In this document: positions 28,472 through 39,991 of the stretch, piece by piece
How positions within the stretch are numbered: position 1 is the first letter of the stretch
Layout: every line of letters begins with the position of its first letter
NCBI RefSeq assembly: GCF_013149785.1
Contig: NZ_JABEZU010000001.1
Location: forward strand, 1,054,001 to 1,118,000
Reading direction: 5' to 3'
Length of the DNA: 64,000 bases
DNA from: Isoptericola halotolerans
GTDB taxonomy: Bacteria; Actinomycetota; Actinomycetes; Actinomycetales; Cellulomonadaceae
Notes under the pieces: generated by a model
Database searches by the model: none
The model's input: only the letters and a program-made list of their open reading frames with translations
Told to the model about the DNA's origin: nothing
Program-made: the position numbers and the translations under genes

Positions 28472-28900
28472 TCACCCCGCGTCGTCCATCGCGATCGGCC
28501 GCACCGCACCACCGGCCGCGACGAACAGCCCGTGCAGGCGGAAGTCGCGCTGCGCGGCCTGGGCCCTCAGGGCGGTGTTCCAGGCGCGGTCGGCGGCGGT
28601 GACGGACTGCTCGCCGGGGCGTTCCAGGATGGCGACGACGGAGCCGCCCGGGACGGACTGCTGGGTGACGGAGGCGATGACCCCGCCGAACCGGGCGGCG
28701 TCGTCGTCGCTCGGGTGCTGGGGGACCTCGCGGACCGGGACGGCGATGCCGGTGACGCGGTCGTCGGCGTCGAGCCAGGCCAGGGTGAGGATGCGTTCGC
28801 GGGGCAGGACGCCGCCGGCGAGGAAGGTGGCGAGCGCGAGGCGCTCGCCGTCGTCGGCGACCTTGTCGCCCGGTCGGAACGGTGTGGTGGTGAGGTTCAT
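28472..28900 (-). CDS. Conserved actinobacterial hypothetical protein
   Basis: LAWLDADDR...VVAILERPG...ADRAW...LHGLFVA; coding-like composition. Confidence 0.7.
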   Translation of the reverse strand: MNLTTTPFRPGDKVADDGERLALATFLAGGVLPRERILTLAWLDADDRVTGIAVPVREVPQHPSDDDAARFGGVIASVTQQSVPGGSVVAILERPGEQSVTAADRAWNTALRAQAAQRDFRLHGLFVAAGGAVRPIAMDDAG

Positions 28901-28942
28901 GCCGTCCACCCTCCCGAACCTGCGCCCACCCCGCCGCCACCA

Positions 28943-28957
28943 TCCACAGCCTGTGGA
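28943..28957. promoter_or_regulatory. Palindromic motif TCCACA-N3-TGTGGA (copy 2)
   Basis: tccaca-gcc-tgtgga, beginning 43 nt from the ATG at 28900. Confidence 0.5.
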
Positions 28958-28974
28958 CAGATCTCGTGCCTTGA

Positions 28975-29036
28975 TGCCGAACAGGAGGTTGGGCCCGCTT
29001 GGGGAGACCAAAGCGGGCCCAACCTCCTGTTCGGCA
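28975..29036. repeat. Perfect 26-bp-arm inverted repeat (REP-like) after aceB
   Basis: tgccgaacaggaggttgggcccgctt-ggggagacca-aagcgggcccaacctcctgttcggca. Confidence 0.9.
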
Positions 29037-29042
29037 CCTCGC

Positions 29043-30779
29043 TCAGAAGTAGCGGGCGTAGGCGCTCGTGGTGAGGAACGGCGGGAACTCGTCACCCATC
29101 GCCACCTCGCGGAAGATCGCCGCGGCGTCGTCCACCCGGTCGCCGCGCGAGCGCGGCGTCGAGCGGAGGAACTCCCGGAGCATCGACTCGCAGAGCTCGC
29201 GGGTCACGGCGACACCGTCGTCGGTCACGGTGTGGCAGTGGATCCACTGCCACACCTGGGACCGCGAGATCTCGGCCGTCGCGGCGTCCTCCATGAGGCT
29301 GTCCAGGGCCGCGGCCCCGGTGCCCCGCAGCCAGGAGGCGATGTACCGCACGCCCACCGAGATGTTGGTCCGCAGACCTGCCTCGGTGATCGTCGCGCCC
29401 TCCCGGCGGGCCGAGGCCACGTCGAGGAGCTCCGCCTGGCCGACGGTGACGTCGTCGCGCAGCCGCTCCACCTGGTTCTCGCGCTTGCCGAGCACCTCGT
29501 CGAACGCCGCCCGCGCGACCGGGATGAGGTCCGGGTGAGCCACCCAGGAGCCGTCGAACCCGTCACCGGCCTCCCGCTCCTTGTCGGCCTGGACCTTGGC
29601 GAACGCCTGCTCGGTGACCTCCGGGTTGCGGCGGTCCGGGATGAAGGCGCTCATGCCGCCGATGGCGTGCGCCCCACGACGGTGGCAGGTGGCCACCAGC
29701 AGCTCGGTGTAGGCGCGCATGAACGGGGCGGTCATCGTCACCTGCGCGCGGTCGGGCAGCACGTAGGAGTCCCCGCGGTTGCGGAAGCACTTGATGACGC
29801 TGAACAGGTAGTCCCAGCGCCCGGCGTTCAGACCGGCGCAGTGCTCGCGCAGCTCGTAGAGGATCTCCTCCATCTCGAACGCCGCGGGCAGCGTCTCGAT
29901 GAGCACCGTCGCGCGGATCGTGCCGCGCGGGATGCCGAGCGTCTCCTGCGCCAGCTCGAAGACCTCGTTCCACAGCCGCGCCTCGCGGTGGCCCTCGAGC
30001 TTCGGCAGGTAGAAGTACGGCCCGCGCCCGCGCTCGATCAGCTCGGCCGCGTTGTGGAAGAGGTACAGCCCGAAGTCCACCAGCGAGCCCGACGCCGGCT
30101 GGGTGGAGCCGTCCGTGCCCGTGTAGGCCAGGTGCGACTCGAACAGGTGCCAGCCGCGCGGCCGGAACACGATGGTGGGCATCTTCGTCAGCTCGGACGT
30201 GTTCAGGGCGTACCGCTTGCCGGGGGTGCGACCGTCCGGCGACGGTGCCTCGAAGGTGAGCTCGCCCCGGATCGCGGACCGCAGCGCCCGCTGGCCGCCG
30301 ACGACGTTCTCCCACGTCGGGCTGGAGGCGTCCTCGGCGTCGGCGAGCCACACCCTGGCGCCCGAGTTCAGCGCGTTGATCGTCATCTTGGGGTCCGTGG
30401 GCCCGGTGATCTCCACGCGCCGGTCGGACAGCCCGGGTGCCCCGGCGGCCCCGGCGACGCGCCACGAGGAGTCCTCGCGCACCGCCCGGGTCACGGGCAG
30501 GAAGTCGGGGTCGGCGCCCGCGGCGATCTCGCGGGTGCGGCGCTGCCGGGTGAGCAGCAGCTCGGTGCGCGCGTCGGCGAACTGGTCGTGCAGCAGGGCC
30601 AGGAACTCCAGCGCCGCGGGGGTGAGGATCTCCTCGGAGCCGGGCACGGGGGGTCCGACGACGTCCATGGTTCCCTCCGCGATGGTGGCCGAGTCGGCGA
30701 GGGCGGTGCCGCGCGGCGGCGTCGCGGGCGAGCCGGTCGAGCGGGCCAGGGTGCGGGGAGGGTCGGCGATCGTGGTCAT
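29043..30779 (-). CDS. aceB: Malate synthase A
   Basis: DRRVEITGP, RPRGWHL, YFYLPKLE, GLNAGRWDYLFS, LMEDAATAEISRSQ. Confidence 0.97.
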   Translation of the reverse strand: MTTIADPPRTLARSTGSPATPPRGTALADSATIAEGTMDVVGPPVPGSEEILTPAALEFLALLHDQFADARTELLLTRQRRTREIAAGADPDFLPVTRAVREDSSWRVAGAAGAPGLSDRRVEITGPTDPKMTINALNSGARVWLADAEDASSPTWENVVGGQRALRSAIRGELTFEAPSPDGRTPGKRYALNTSELTKMPTIVFRPRGWHLFESHLAYTGTDGSTQPASGSLVDFGLYLFHNAAELIERGRGPYFYLPKLEGHREARLWNEVFELAQETLGIPRGTIRATVLIETLPAAFEMEEILYELREHCAGLNAGRWDYLFSVIKCFRNRGDSYVLPDRAQVTMTAPFMRAYTELLVATCHRRGAHAIGGMSAFIPDRRNPEVTEQAFAKVQADKEREAGDGFDGSWVAHPDLIPVARAAFDEVLGKRENQVERLRDDVTVGQAELLDVASARREGATITEAGLRTNISVGVRYIASWLRGTGAAALDSLMEDAATAEISRSQVWQWIHCHTVTDDGVAVTRELCESMLREFLRSTPRSRGDRVDDAAAIFREVAMGDEFPPFLTTSAYARYF

Positions 30780-30797
30780 GGTGTACCTCCAGGGTGC

Positions 30798-30828
30798 CGC
30801 GGCGGGACGAGGGGGGCGTCCCGCCGCG
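30798..30828 (-). terminator. Intercistronic hairpin between aceA and aceB
   Basis: 12-bp perfect stem cgcggcgggacg / cgtcccgccgcg. Confidence 0.55.
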
Positions 30829-30844
30829 ACGGGTGGTGAGCGAG

Positions 30845-32176
30845 TCAGAACTGAGCGGCCTCGGTGGAGCCGGCGAGAGCGAGGGTGGCGGCGTCGGGGT
30901 TGAGCGCCGTGGACACGCGGTCGAAGTAACCGGTGCCCACCTCCCGCTGGTGCTTGGTGGCGGTGTAGCCGCGGGTCTCGGAGGCGAACTCGGCCTCCTG
31001 CAGCTGCACGTAGGCCGTCATCTGCTCACGGGCGTAACCGTGGGCCAGATCGAACATGGAGTGGTTGAGGGCGTGGAAGCCCGCCAGGGTGATGAACTGG
31101 AAGCTGAAGCCCATGGCACCGAGCTCGCGCTGGAACTTCGCGATGGTGTCGTCGTCGAGGTGCTTCTTCCAGTTGAACGACGGCGAGCAGTTGTACGCCA
31201 GCATCTGGTCCGGGAACTCGGCCTTGACCGACTCGGCGAACCGGCGGGCGAGGTCGAGGTCGGGGGTGCCGGTCTCCATCCAGATGAGGTCGGCGTAGGG
31301 GGCGTAGGCGTGGGCCCGGGTGATGCAGGGCTCGATGCCGTTGGTGACCTTGTAGAAGCCCTCGGCGGTGCGCTCGCCGGTGAGGAACGGGCGGTCGCGC
31401 TCGTCGACGTCGGAGGTCAGCAGGGTGGCGGCCTCGGCGTCGGTGCGGGCGATGATGACGCTCGGCACGTCGGCGACGTCGGCGGCCAGCCGGGCGGCGT
31501 TGAGGGTCCGCACGTGCTGCTTGGTCGGGATGAGCACCTTGCCACCGAGGTGGCCGCACTTCTTCTCCGAGGCGAGCTGGTCCTCCCAGTGCACGCCGGA
31601 GGCGCCGGAGACGATCATCGACTTCATGAGCTCGTAGGCGTTGAGCGGGCCTCCGAAGCCGGCCTCGGCGTCCGCGACGATCGGCGCGATCCAGTTGCGG
31701 GTCGGTGCGCCGTTCTCCTCCACGTCGATCTGGTCGGCGCGCAGCAGCGCGTTGTTGATGCGCCGCACGACGGCGGGCACCGAGTTCGCCGGGTAGAGCG
31801 ACTGGTCGGGGTACGTCTGACCCGACAGGTTGGCGTCGCCGGCCACCTGCCAGCCGGACAGGTAGATCGCCTTGAGCCCCGCCTTGACCTGCTGCACGGC
31901 CTGGTTGCCGGTCAGCGCACCGAGGGCGTTGACGTAGTCCTCGGTGTGCAGCAGCTCCCACAGCAGCTCGGAGCCGCGGCGGGCGAGGGTGTGCTCCTCA
32001 CCGACGGAGCCCCGCAGCGCGACGACGTCCTCGGCGGTGTAGTCCCGCGTGGTGCCGGCCCAGCGCGGGTCGGTGGCCCACCGCTCGGCGAGGGCGGCGG
32101 CGGTGGTGACCTGGTCGCCGGGCCGGGTCGCCGTGGTGGTCCCGGGCGTGGAGCCGGTCTCGAGGATCGCGGTCAT
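30845..32176 (-). CDS. aceA: Isocitrate lyase
   Basis: [45 protein letters not shown]. Confidence 0.97.
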   Translation of the reverse strand: MTAILETGSTPGTTTATRPGDQVTTAAALAERWATDPRWAGTTRDYTAEDVVALRGSVGEEHTLARRGSELLWELLHTEDYVNALGALTGNQAVQQVKAGLKAIYLSGWQVAGDANLSGQTYPDQSLYPANSVPAVVRRINNALLRADQIDVEENGAPTRNWIAPIVADAEAGFGGPLNAYELMKSMIVSGASGVHWEDQLASEKKCGHLGGKVLIPTKQHVRTLNAARLAADVADVPSVIIARTDAEAATLLTSDVDERDRPFLTGERTAEGFYKVTNGIEPCITRAHAYAPYADLIWMETGTPDLDLARRFAESVKAEFPDQMLAYNCSPSFNWKKHLDDDTIAKFQRELGAMGFSFQFITLAGFHALNHSMFDLAHGYAREQMTAYVQLQEAEFASETRGYTATKHQREVGTGYFDRVSTALNPDAATLALAGSTEAAQF

Positions 32177-32271
32177 GGTCCTGCCTTTCGTCGTTCGGCC
32201 GGGGCGCCGAGGAGGTGCCCTCGGGAACGACTCTGCGGCCTGCGCAACCCCGGTGGCGAGCGATTCGTCGG

Positions 32272-32303
32272 AGAAGAACCAGGGTTCTTCTGCTTGGCAG
32301 AAG
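32272..32303. promoter_or_regulatory. Overlapping palindromic operators between aceA and its regulator
   Basis: agaagaacc-ag-ggttcttct (32272-32291) and cttctgc-ttg-gcagaag (32287-32303). Confidence 0.55.
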
Positions 32304-32327
32304 GAGTGGCGCATGTCACGCTGGATC

Positions 32328-33872
32328 ATGGCCACGACGACGACGTACCGGCCGCCGGCGACACCTCCCGCGCCGCCCCCGGTCGAGAACGAACCCGACG
32401 CCCTGACGATCGGGCGGCGGATCCGACACCTGCGCACGCAGCGCGGGATGACCCTCGAGGAGCTCGGAGACGCTGTCTCACGTGCTCCTTCGCAGATCTC
32501 CGTGCTAGAGAACGGCAAGCGGGAGCCCACGATCGCCCGGCTGCAGGCCATCGCTCGTGCGCTCGGCACCAGCGTGGACGACCTGCTCTCCCCGGAGGCG
32601 CCGTCACGCCGGGACGCCCTCGAGATCGAGCTGGAGCGAGTGCAAAGAGGCCCGCTCTTCTCGGCCCTCGGGGTGCGTCCGGTGCGGGTCGGCAAGTCAC
32701 TGCCGACCGATGCGCTGGAGGCGATCGTCTCGCTGCAGGCCGAGCTCGAGCGCCTGCACTCGGAGCGGGCGCTGACCCCCGAAGAGGCACGACGGGCCAA
32801 CACCGAGCTCCGCGCCGACATGCGCGCGCAGGACAACTACTTCCCGGACCTGGAGATCGTCGCGCGTTCCCTGCTCGACGACGTCGGGCACACGCGTGGA
32901 CCGGTCCCGCAGCGCGCCGCCGTCGACATCGCGTCCCACCTGGGGTTCTCGATCCACTACGAGTCGGACCTGCCGCACTCGACCCGGGCCGTCATCGACC
33001 AGCGCCACCGCCGCGTCTACCTGCCGAGCAACGGCATCCGCGGGCGCTCCGACGCGCGCTCCGCCCTGCTGCAGGCCCTGGCCTCGCACGTCCTGGAGCA
33101 CGCCGAGCCGCGCGACTACGCGGGGTTCCTGCGCCAGCGGGTCGAGGCGAACTACCTGTGCGCCGCGCTGCTGCTGCCGGAGCGCGAGGCCGTCAAGCAC
33201 CTGCGCGAGGCCAAGGACGCCCGCGCGATCTCCATCGAGGACCTCCGCGACGCCTTCGCCGTCTCCTACGAGACCGCCGCGCACCGCTTCACCAACCTCG
33301 CCACCCGGCACCTCGGCATCGGGGTGCACTTCATGAAGGTCCACGAGTCGGGGGCCATCCACAAGGCCTACGAGAACGACGGCGTGCGCTTCCCGGCCGA
33401 CGCCCTGGGGACCGTCGAGGGGCAGCACGTGTGCCGGCACTGGACGGCACGGGTGGTCTTCGACATCGCCGACCGGCTGAGCCCGTACTACCAGTACACG
33501 GACACCCCCACCGGCACCTACTGGTGCACCTCCCGGGTCTCCGACACCCCGGACGGGCGGTTCTCCGTCAGCGTCGGCGTGCCGTACGCGCAGGTCAAGT
33601 GGTTCCTCGGCCGGGAGACGACGGCGCGGTCCACCTCCCGCTGCCCCGACGAGTCGTGCTGCCGGCAGCCGTCGCGCCCGCTCGCCGAGCGGTGGGACGG
33701 CCACGCCCTGCCGAGCGCGCGCCCCCACGCCTCGATGCTGGCGGCGATGCCCTCCGGCGCGTTCCCCGGCGTGGACACCACCGAGGTGTACGAGTTCCTG
33801 GAGCGGCACGCTCCCCGGGCCCGCGATCGCGACGCCGGCGGCACCGAGAGCCCGGGCGCCGCGGGCGGCTGA
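32328..33872 (+). CDS. XRE-family RamB/PrpR-like regulator of the glyoxylate shunt
   Basis: HTH (IGRRIRHLR...[13 protein letters not shown]), [23 protein letters not shown], Cys-rich CPDESCC; divergent from aceA. Confidence 0.88.
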   Translation: MATTTTYRPPATPPAPPPVENEPDALTIGRRIRHLRTQRGMTLEELGDAVSRAPSQISVLENGKREPTIARLQAIARALGTSVDDLLSPEAPSRRDALEIELERVQRGPLFSALGVRPVRVGKSLPTDALEAIVSLQAELERLHSERALTPEEARRANTELRADMRAQDNYFPDLEIVARSLLDDVGHTRGPVPQRAAVDIASHLGFSIHYESDLPHSTRAVIDQRHRRVYLPSNGIRGRSDARSALLQALASHVLEHAEPRDYAGFLRQRVEANYLCAALLLPEREAVKHLREAKDARAISIEDLRDAFAVSYETAAHRFTNLATRHLGIGVHFMKVHESGAIHKAYENDGVRFPADALGTVEGQHVCRHWTARVVFDIADRLSPYYQYTDTPTGTYWCTSRVSDTPDGRFSVSVGVPYAQVKWFLGRETTARSTSRCPDESCCRQPSRPLAERWDGHALPSARPHASMLAAMPSGAFPGVDTTEVYEFLERHAPRARDRDAGGTESPGAAGG

Positions 33873-33962
33873 GGCGCCCGCGCCGACCTGGCGAGATCGC
33901 GTCCCTCGGATAGCATCGAACGGGCCAGTCATCATCGGTCCCGACGAAGAACGAAGAGGTTC

Positions 33963-36900
33963 ATGACCGACGACGTCGTCTCGAGCCAGGAGGCTCGCCG
34001 GGCCCTCGAGGAGCTGCCCGTCGAGATGCGGCGAACGGTGCGCAGGCTCCTCGGTGCGTACAGCGCGGAGGACCTCGCGGAACGTGACCCACGGGACGCC
34101 GTCGGCGCGGCCGCGTCGACCTGCCGCTTCGCCGCGCGTCGCCGACCAGGGCAGACGCTCGTGCGGGTCTTCACCCCGACGCTGCGGGAGGACGGCTGGA
34201 CGTCGCGCCGCACCGTCGTCGACGTCTGCACCGACGACGCCCCCTTCCTCGTCGACTCGGTCGACGCGGCGATCGCCCGGCACGGCGGCACGGTCCACGT
34301 GCTGCAGCACCCGGTGCTCGACGTCCGGCGCGACGACGACGGCGAGCTGGTGGAGATCGGTGCGCACGGTGGCCGGCTGGAGTCGTGGATCCATCTGGAG
34401 ATCGACCGCATCACCGCGCAGGAGGAGCGCGACGCCCTCGTCGCCCGGCTGGGGGACGTCGTCGGGGACGTGCACGCCGCCGTCGACGACTGGACGGCGA
34501 TGCGCCGCGCCTGCCTGGAGCTGTGCACCGACCTGCGCCTGCAGCCGCCGGCCACCGTCGACCCGACGACGGTCGCCCCCACGGTGGACTTCCTGACCTG
34601 GCTCGCCGAGGACCACTTCACGTTCCTCGGCTACCGGGAGTACGCGTTGGAGACGGACGACGGCGAAGAGGTGCTGCGTCCGCTGCCGCACACCGGGCTG
34701 GGCATCCTGCGCAGGGCGCGGACCGCCGTCGTGCACCTGCGCCCCGAGGCGCGCCGCACCGCGCGCGAGCCCCGGCTGCTCACGATCACCAAGGCGAACT
34801 CCCGTGCCACGGTGCACCGTGACGTGTACCTCGACTACGTCGGTGTGCGCAGCTTCGACGAGGAGGGCAACGTCACCGGCGAGCGCCGGATCGTCGGGAT
34901 GTTCACGTCGGCGGCCTACGCCTCGTCGGTGCTGACGCTGCCGATCGTCGCCGCGAAGGCACGGGCGGTGCTGGCCGACTCGGGGTACGCGCCGACGTCC
35001 CACTCGGGGAAGGATCTCCTGCAGGTGCTCGAGCAGTACCCGCGCGACGAGCTCTTCCAGGACACCGCCGAGCACCTGGCCCACGTCGCGGGCCAGGTGA
35101 CACGCCTGCGCGAGCGTCGCCGGACACGACTCTTCCTGCGGACCGACGAGTTCGGCCGGTTCGTCTCCGCCCTGGTCTACCTCCCGCGGGACCGGTACAA
35201 CACCACGGTGCGGCTGCGTATCGAGGCGTTGCTGCGGGACGCCTTCGACGCCGAGCGGGTCGAGCACACCACGCGGGTGGACGACTCACCCCTGGCGCAG
35301 CTGCACTTCGTGGTGCGTGTCCCGCGCGACGCCACGATCCCGGACGTGGACGAGGCGGACCTGCAGCGCCGCCTCGAGGCGGCCATCCGGACCTGGTCCG
35401 CCGCGTTGGTCGACGAGCTCCACCGGGTGCACGGCGAGGAGGAGGCCGCCCAGATCCTGGCCCGCTACGGGACGGCCTTCCCCGAGGCCTACAAGGAGCA
35501 GGTCACCCCGGCCGCGGCCGTGGGGGACATCGCCCGGCTCGACGCCCTCACCCCGGACAGCCCCATCGCGGTGCACCTCTACGCACCGGACGACGCCGAC
35601 CCCGCCCTGCGCCGGCTCACCCTCGCGTCCCTGCACGAGCACCGGCTCACCCAGGTGCTGCCCCTGCTGGTGGACCTCGGTGTGGACGTGCTGGACGAGC
35701 GCCCGTACACCGTGCAGCGGGCGGGCGGTCAGACCCGGTACATCTCGGACTTCGGTCTCACCGCACCGGACCCGGCGCTGTGGGACGCCGACGGCGCTGC
35801 CGGGGCCCTGGAGGTCGCCTTCGGCGCGGTGTGGTCGGGTGCCGCGGAGAGCGACGCGCTCAACGCGCTGGTGCTCCGCGCCGGGTTGTCCTGGCGGGAC
35901 ATCGTCATCCTGCGGGCGATCGGACGCTACCTGCGCCAGGCGGGCTCAGCGTTCTCCATGGAGTACATCGACGCCGCCCTCGTCGCCCATCCGGAGCTGG
36001 CGGCCGACCTGGTGCAGCTCTTCGCGGTACGCCTCGACCCGGATCTCGACGACGACCGTGACGCACGGGTGCAGGAGGCGACGGACGCCCTGCTGGCCGA
36101 CCTCGACGGTGTCGCGAGCCTCGACCACGACCGCATCCTGCGGTCCTTCGTCGGCGTCATCGGGGCGGTGTGGCGCACCAACTTCTACGTCCGGGACGAT
36201 GACGGCTCGCCCAGACCGTGGGTGTCGATGAAGCTGGACTGCGCGCGCGTTCCCGACCTGCCCCTGCCTCGACCGATGGCAGAGGTCTGGGTGTACTCGC
36301 CGCGGGTCGAGGGCGTGCACCTCCGGTTCGGCCGGGTGGCCCGCGGGGGACTGCGCTGGAGCGACCGGCGCGAGGACTTCCGCACCGAGGTGCTGGGTCT
36401 CGTCAAGGCGCAGATGGTCAAGAACGCCGTCATCGTACCGACGGGGTCCAAGGGCGGGTTCGTCGCCAAGAACCTGCCCGACGCCGACGACCGCGCCGCC
36501 TGGCTCGCCGAGGGCAAGGCCGCCTACCGCACGTTCATCCGCGGGCTGCTGGACATCACCGACAACCGCCGGGGCACCGAGGTCGTGCCGCCTCCCGGGG
36601 TCGTGCGCCACGACGGCGACGACCCGTACCTGGTCGTCGCCGCGGACAAGGGGACGGCGTCGTTCTCGGACCTCGCGAACGAGATCGCGCAGGAGTACGG
36701 CTTCTGGCTCGACGACGCGTTCGCCTCCGGAGGCTCGGCGGGCTACGACCACAAGGCGATGGGGATCACGGCGCGCGGGGCGTGGGAGTCGGTGAAGCGG
36801 CACTTCCGCGAGCTCGGGCACGACACGCAGACCCAGGACTTCACGGCGGTGGGCGTCGGGGACATGTCCGGCGACGTGTTCGGCAACGGGATGCTGCTCT

Positions 36901-38738
36901 CCGAGCACGTCCGGCTGGTGGCCGCGTTCGACCACCGCCACGTCTTCGTCGATCCCGACCCTGACGCGGCGGCCTCCTTCGCCGAGCGGCGTCGGCTGTT
37001 CGACCTGCCCGGCTCGTCGTGGGACGACTACGACCGCGAGCTGGTCTCCGCCGGGGGCGGTGTGTTCCCGCTGTCCCTGAAGTCCGTCCGTGTCACCCCG
37101 CAGATGGCCGAGGCGCTCGGGATCGGTGCCGACGTCACGGCGCTCACCCCGACCGAGCTGAAGCGAGCGGTGCTGCTCGCGCCGGTCGACCTGCTGTGGA
37201 ACGGGGGTATCGGCACCTACGTCAAGGCCTCCGGCGAGACGGACGCCGAGATCGGGGACCGTGCGAACGACCTCGTCCGTGTGGACGGTGCCGACCTGCG
37301 CGTCCGGGTCGTGGGGGAGGGCGGCAACCTGGGCGTCTCCCAGCGTGGCCGCATCGAGGCCGCCCACGCCGGGGTGCAGATCAACACCGACGCGATCGAC
37401 AACTCGGCCGGCGTCGGCACCTCGGACCACGAGGTGAACATCAAGATCCTGCTCGGGGCGGTGGTGCGCGACGGGCGGCTCGCGCTCGACGAGCGCGACC
37501 GGCTCCTGCAGGAGATGACCGACGAGGTCGCGGCGCAGGTGCTGCGTGACAACTACGAGCAGAACGTGCTGCTCGGCAACTCGCGCGCCAACGCCGCCTC
37601 GATGCTCCCGGTGCACGAGCGCTTCATGGAGTGGCTCGAGGCGCGCGGCGAGCTGGACCGCGAGCTGGAGGTCCTGCCCGACGCCGCGGAGATCGCCCGG
37701 CGGACCGAGCAGGGCCAGGGCCTGACGCGGCCGGAGTTCGCGGTGCTGGTGGCGTACGCGAAGCTCGCGCTGAAGTCGGACCTCACCGAGTCGGACCTCG
37801 CCGACGACCCGTGGTTCGCCAGGACGCTGGCGGGGTACTTTCCGGCAGCGGTCCGGGAGAGGTACTCGGGCGATCTCGCCGACCACCCGCTGCGCCGGCA
37901 GATCGTCGTCAACGCGGTGGTGAACTCCATGGTCAACCGGGGCGGCATCACGTTCGCGTTCCGGGCGACGGACGAGACGGGGGCGCCCACCGCGCAGATC
38001 GCCCGGGCGTTCGTCGCGGCCCGCGAGGTGATGGACCTGAGCGGTTTCGTCGCGGCGGTCGAGGCGACGGACAACGTGGTGGGCACGACGGTGCAGACCG
38101 AGCTGTACCTCGAGTTCCGACGACTGCTCGACCGCGCGGCCCGGTGGTTCGTCCAGCACCGTCCCGACCGCATCGACGTGGGCGAGGAGATCGACACGTT
38201 CGCCGCGCCGGTGCGCTCCTGCGCCGGCCGTCTGGCCGAGCTGTTCCAGGGTGAGGACGCCGTCTGGTACGCGGAGCGGGTCGCCGAGCTGGAGGCCGCC
38301 GGGTGCGGGCCCGAGCTCGCGCGGCGCGGTGCGGGCCTCCTGGCGTCGCTGCCGCTGCTCGACGTCGTCGAGCTGGCGGCGACCCGCGACCTGGACCTCG
38401 ACGAGGTCGCCGGGACGTACTTCGCCCTCTCGGCACGCGCCGGCGTCGGCGACCTGCTCAGCCGGGTGTCGGACCTGCCGCAGGACGACCGCTGGGACTC
38501 GATGGCCCGGTCCGCGCTGCGGGACGACCTGTACGCGGCGATGGTGGCGCTGACCGCGTCGGTGATCGACGGCTCGGAGCCGTGGGCTCCCGCGGACCGG
38601 ATCGAGGCGTGGCTCGCCGACGGCGGCGCGCCCGCCCGGCGCGCGATGGAGGCGCTGGCCACCGTGCACGCCGTCGAACGGCCGGGCATCGCCACGCTCT
38701 CGGTGGCGCTGCGCCAGCTGCGCTCGCTCGCGGGGTGA
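33963..38738 (+). CDS. gdh: Large NAD-specific glutamate dehydrogenase
   Basis: 1591 aa; GVHLRFGRVARGGLRWSDR, DPYLVVAADKGTA, GVGDMSGDVFGNG, NTDAIDNSAGV. Confidence 0.96.
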   Translation: MTDDVVSSQEARRALEELPVEMRRTVRRLLGAYSAEDLAERDPRDAVGAAASTCRFAARRRPGQTLVRVFTPTLREDGWTSRRTVVDVCTDDAPFLVDSVDAAIARHGGTVHVLQHPVLDVRRDDDGELVEIGAHGGRLESWIHLEIDRITAQEERDALVARLGDVVGDVHAAVDDWTAMRRACLELCTDLRLQPPATVDPTTVAPTVDFLTWLAEDHFTFLGYREYALETDDGEEVLRPLPHTGLGILRRARTAVVHLRPEARRTAREPRLLTITKANSRATVHRDVYLDYVGVRSFDEEGNVTGERRIVGMFTSAAYASSVLTLPIVAAKARAVLADSGYAPTSHSGKDLLQVLEQYPRDELFQDTAEHLAHVAGQVTRLRERRRTRLFLRTDEFGRFVSALVYLPRDRYNTTVRLRIEALLRDAFDAERVEHTTRVDDSPLAQLHFVVRVPRDATIPDVDEADLQRRLEAAIRTWSAALVDELHRVHGEEEAAQILARYGTAFPEAYKEQVTPAAAVGDIARLDALTPDSPIAVHLYAPDDADPALRRLTLASLHEHRLTQVLPLLVDLGVDVLDERPYTVQRAGGQTRYISDFGLTAPDPALWDADGAAGALEVAFGAVWSGAAESDALNALVLRAGLSWRDIVILRAIGRYLRQAGSAFSMEYIDAALVAHPELAADLVQLFAVRLDPDLDDDRDARVQEATDALLADLDGVASLDHDRILRSFVGVIGAVWRTNFYVRDDDGSPRPWVSMKLDCARVPDLPLPRPMAEVWVYSPRVEGVHLRFGRVARGGLRWSDRREDFRTEVLGLVKAQMVKNAVIVPTGSKGGFVAKNLPDADDRAAWLAEGKAAYRTFIRGLLDITDNRRGTEVVPPPGVVRHDGDDPYLVVAADKGTASFSDLANEIAQEYGFWLDDAFASGGSAGYDHKAMGITARGAWESVKRHFRELGHDTQTQDFTAVGVGDMSGDVFGNGMLLSEHVRLVAAFDHRHVFVDPDPDAAASFAERRRLFDLPGSSWDDYDRELVSAGGGVFPLSLKSVRVTPQMAEALGIGADVTALTPTELKRAVLLAPVDLLWNGGIGTYVKASGETDAEIGDRANDLVRVDGADLRVRVVGEGGNLGVSQRGRIEAAHAGVQINTDAIDNSAGVGTSDHEVNIKILLGAVVRDGRLALDERDRLLQEMTDEVAAQVLRDNYEQNVLLGNSRANAASMLPVHERFMEWLEARGELDRELEVLPDAAEIARRTEQGQGLTRPEFAVLVAYAKLALKSDLTESDLADDPWFARTLAGYFPAAVRERYSGDLADHPLRRQIVVNAVVNSMVNRGGITFAFRATDETGAPTAQIARAFVAAREVMDLSGFVAAVEATDNVVGTTVQTELYLEFRRLLDRAARWFVQHRPDRIDVGEEIDTFAAPVRSCAGRLAELFQGEDAVWYAERVAELEAAGCGPELARRGAGLLASLPLLDVVELAATRDLDLDEVAGTYFALSARAGVGDLLSRVSDLPQDDRWDSMARSALRDDLYAAMVALTASVIDGSEPWAPADRIEAWLADGGAPARRAMEALATVHAVERPGIATLSVALRQLRSLAG

Positions 38739-38770
38739 CCTGGCGGCGGGTGCGGCGGGTGCGGCGGCGC

Positions 38771-39991
38771 TCAGGCCTCGAGCAGCAGCGCCTCGCCCTG
38801 ACCCCCGCCACCGCACAGGGCGACGGCGGCCCGGGCGCCGTCCTGTCCCTCGGCCCGACGGCGGGCGAGCTCGTGGGTGGCATGGACGGCCAGGCGCGCC
38901 CCGGACGCGCCGATCGGGTGGCCGAGCGAGATGCCGCCCCCGTGGGGGTTGACGACCTGCGGGTCCAGACCCAGTGCCCGCCCGGAGACGACGGACACGA
39001 CGGCGAACGCCTCGTTGATCTCGACGTGGTCCAGGTCGTCGGCCGACCACCCTTCGCGGGCCAGCGCCGCGTTGATCGCGTTCGCCGGCTGGGAGTGCAG
39101 GGAGGTGTCCGGGCCGGCGACCTGGCCGGCGGAGCGCACCGTGGCGAGCGCCGGCACACCGGCCGCCTCCGCCCGCGCCCTCGTGGTGAGGACGAGCGCC
39201 GCCGCGCCGTCGGAGATCTGCGAGGAGTTGCCGGCGGTCAGCGTGCCGTCGCCGGCGAAGGCCGGTCGCAGCCGGGCCAGGCCCTCGGCGGTGGTGTCGG
39301 GACGTACGCCCTCGTCGGAGGAGACGACGACGGGGTCACCCCGGCGCTGCGGCACCTCGACCGGTGCGATCTCCGCGGTGAACAGACCGTCCTTGGCGGC
39401 GCGGGCGGCGCGCTGGTGCGAGGCCGCGGCGGCGGCGTCCTGCTCCTCGCGGGAGACGAACACCTCGTCGCGGTTGTGCTCCTCGGTGCTCAGGCCCATC
39501 GCCTGCCCGTCGAAGGCGTCGGTGAGGCCGTCGCGGGCCACGGCGTCGAGCAGCGTGGCATCGCCGTACCGGAAGCCCGCACGGGCGCCGGGCAGCAGGT
39601 GAGGGGCGTTGGTCATCGACTCCTGGCCGCCGACCAGCACCACGGAGGCCTCGCCGGTGCGCAGCAGGCGGGCCCCGTCGACGACGGCGGTGAGCCCGGA
39701 CAGGCAGACCTTGTTGACGGTCACGGCGGGCACGTCCATCGCGACTCCGGCGGCCACGGCCGTCTGCCGGGCCGGGTTCTGCCCGGCACCCGCCTGCAGC
39801 ACCTGGCCGAGGATCACCGCGTCGAGGTCCGCGGCGAGGTCCGCTGCCGCGTCCAGGGCGTGGCGGGCGGCCACGGCGCCGAGCTGGACCGCGGACAGCG
39901 AGGCGAGCGCCCCGGCGAGACGTCCCTGGGGTGTGCGCGAGGCGGAGACGACGACGACGTCGTCGGGCCGCGGGGTGGTCGTGCCGGTCAT
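38771..39991 (-). CDS. Acetyl-CoA C-acetyltransferase (thiolase)
   Basis: [30 protein letters not shown]. Confidence 0.95.
   Translation of the reverse strand: MTGTTTPRPDDVVVVSASRTPQGRLAGALASLSAVQLGAVAARHALDAAADLAADLDAVILGQVLQAGAGQNPARQTAVAAGVAMDVPAVTVNKVCLSGLTAVVDGARLLRTGEASVVLVGGQESMTNAPHLLPGARAGFRYGDATLLDAVARDGLTDAFDGQAMGLSTEEHNRDEVFVSREEQDAAAAASHQRAARAAKDGLFTAEIAPVEVPQRRGDPVVVSSDEGVRPDTTAEGLARLRPAFAGDGTLTAGNSSQISDGAAALVLTTRARAEAAGVPALATVRSAGQVAGPDTSLHSQPANAINAALAREGWSADDLDHVEINEAFAVVSVVSGRALGLDPQVVNPHGGGISLGHPIGASGARLAVHATHELARRRAEGQDGARAAVALCGGGGQGEALLLEA

Noticed and set aside
35946..39050. Very long antisense or alternate-frame ORFs (e.g. 35946-39050, 52588-56796 upstream part, 30794-33913, 58790-61447)
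   Set aside because: Shadow ORFs of high-GC genes: Arg/Pro/Gly-rich or antisense-patterned, no motifs, and fully overlapping well-supported genes.
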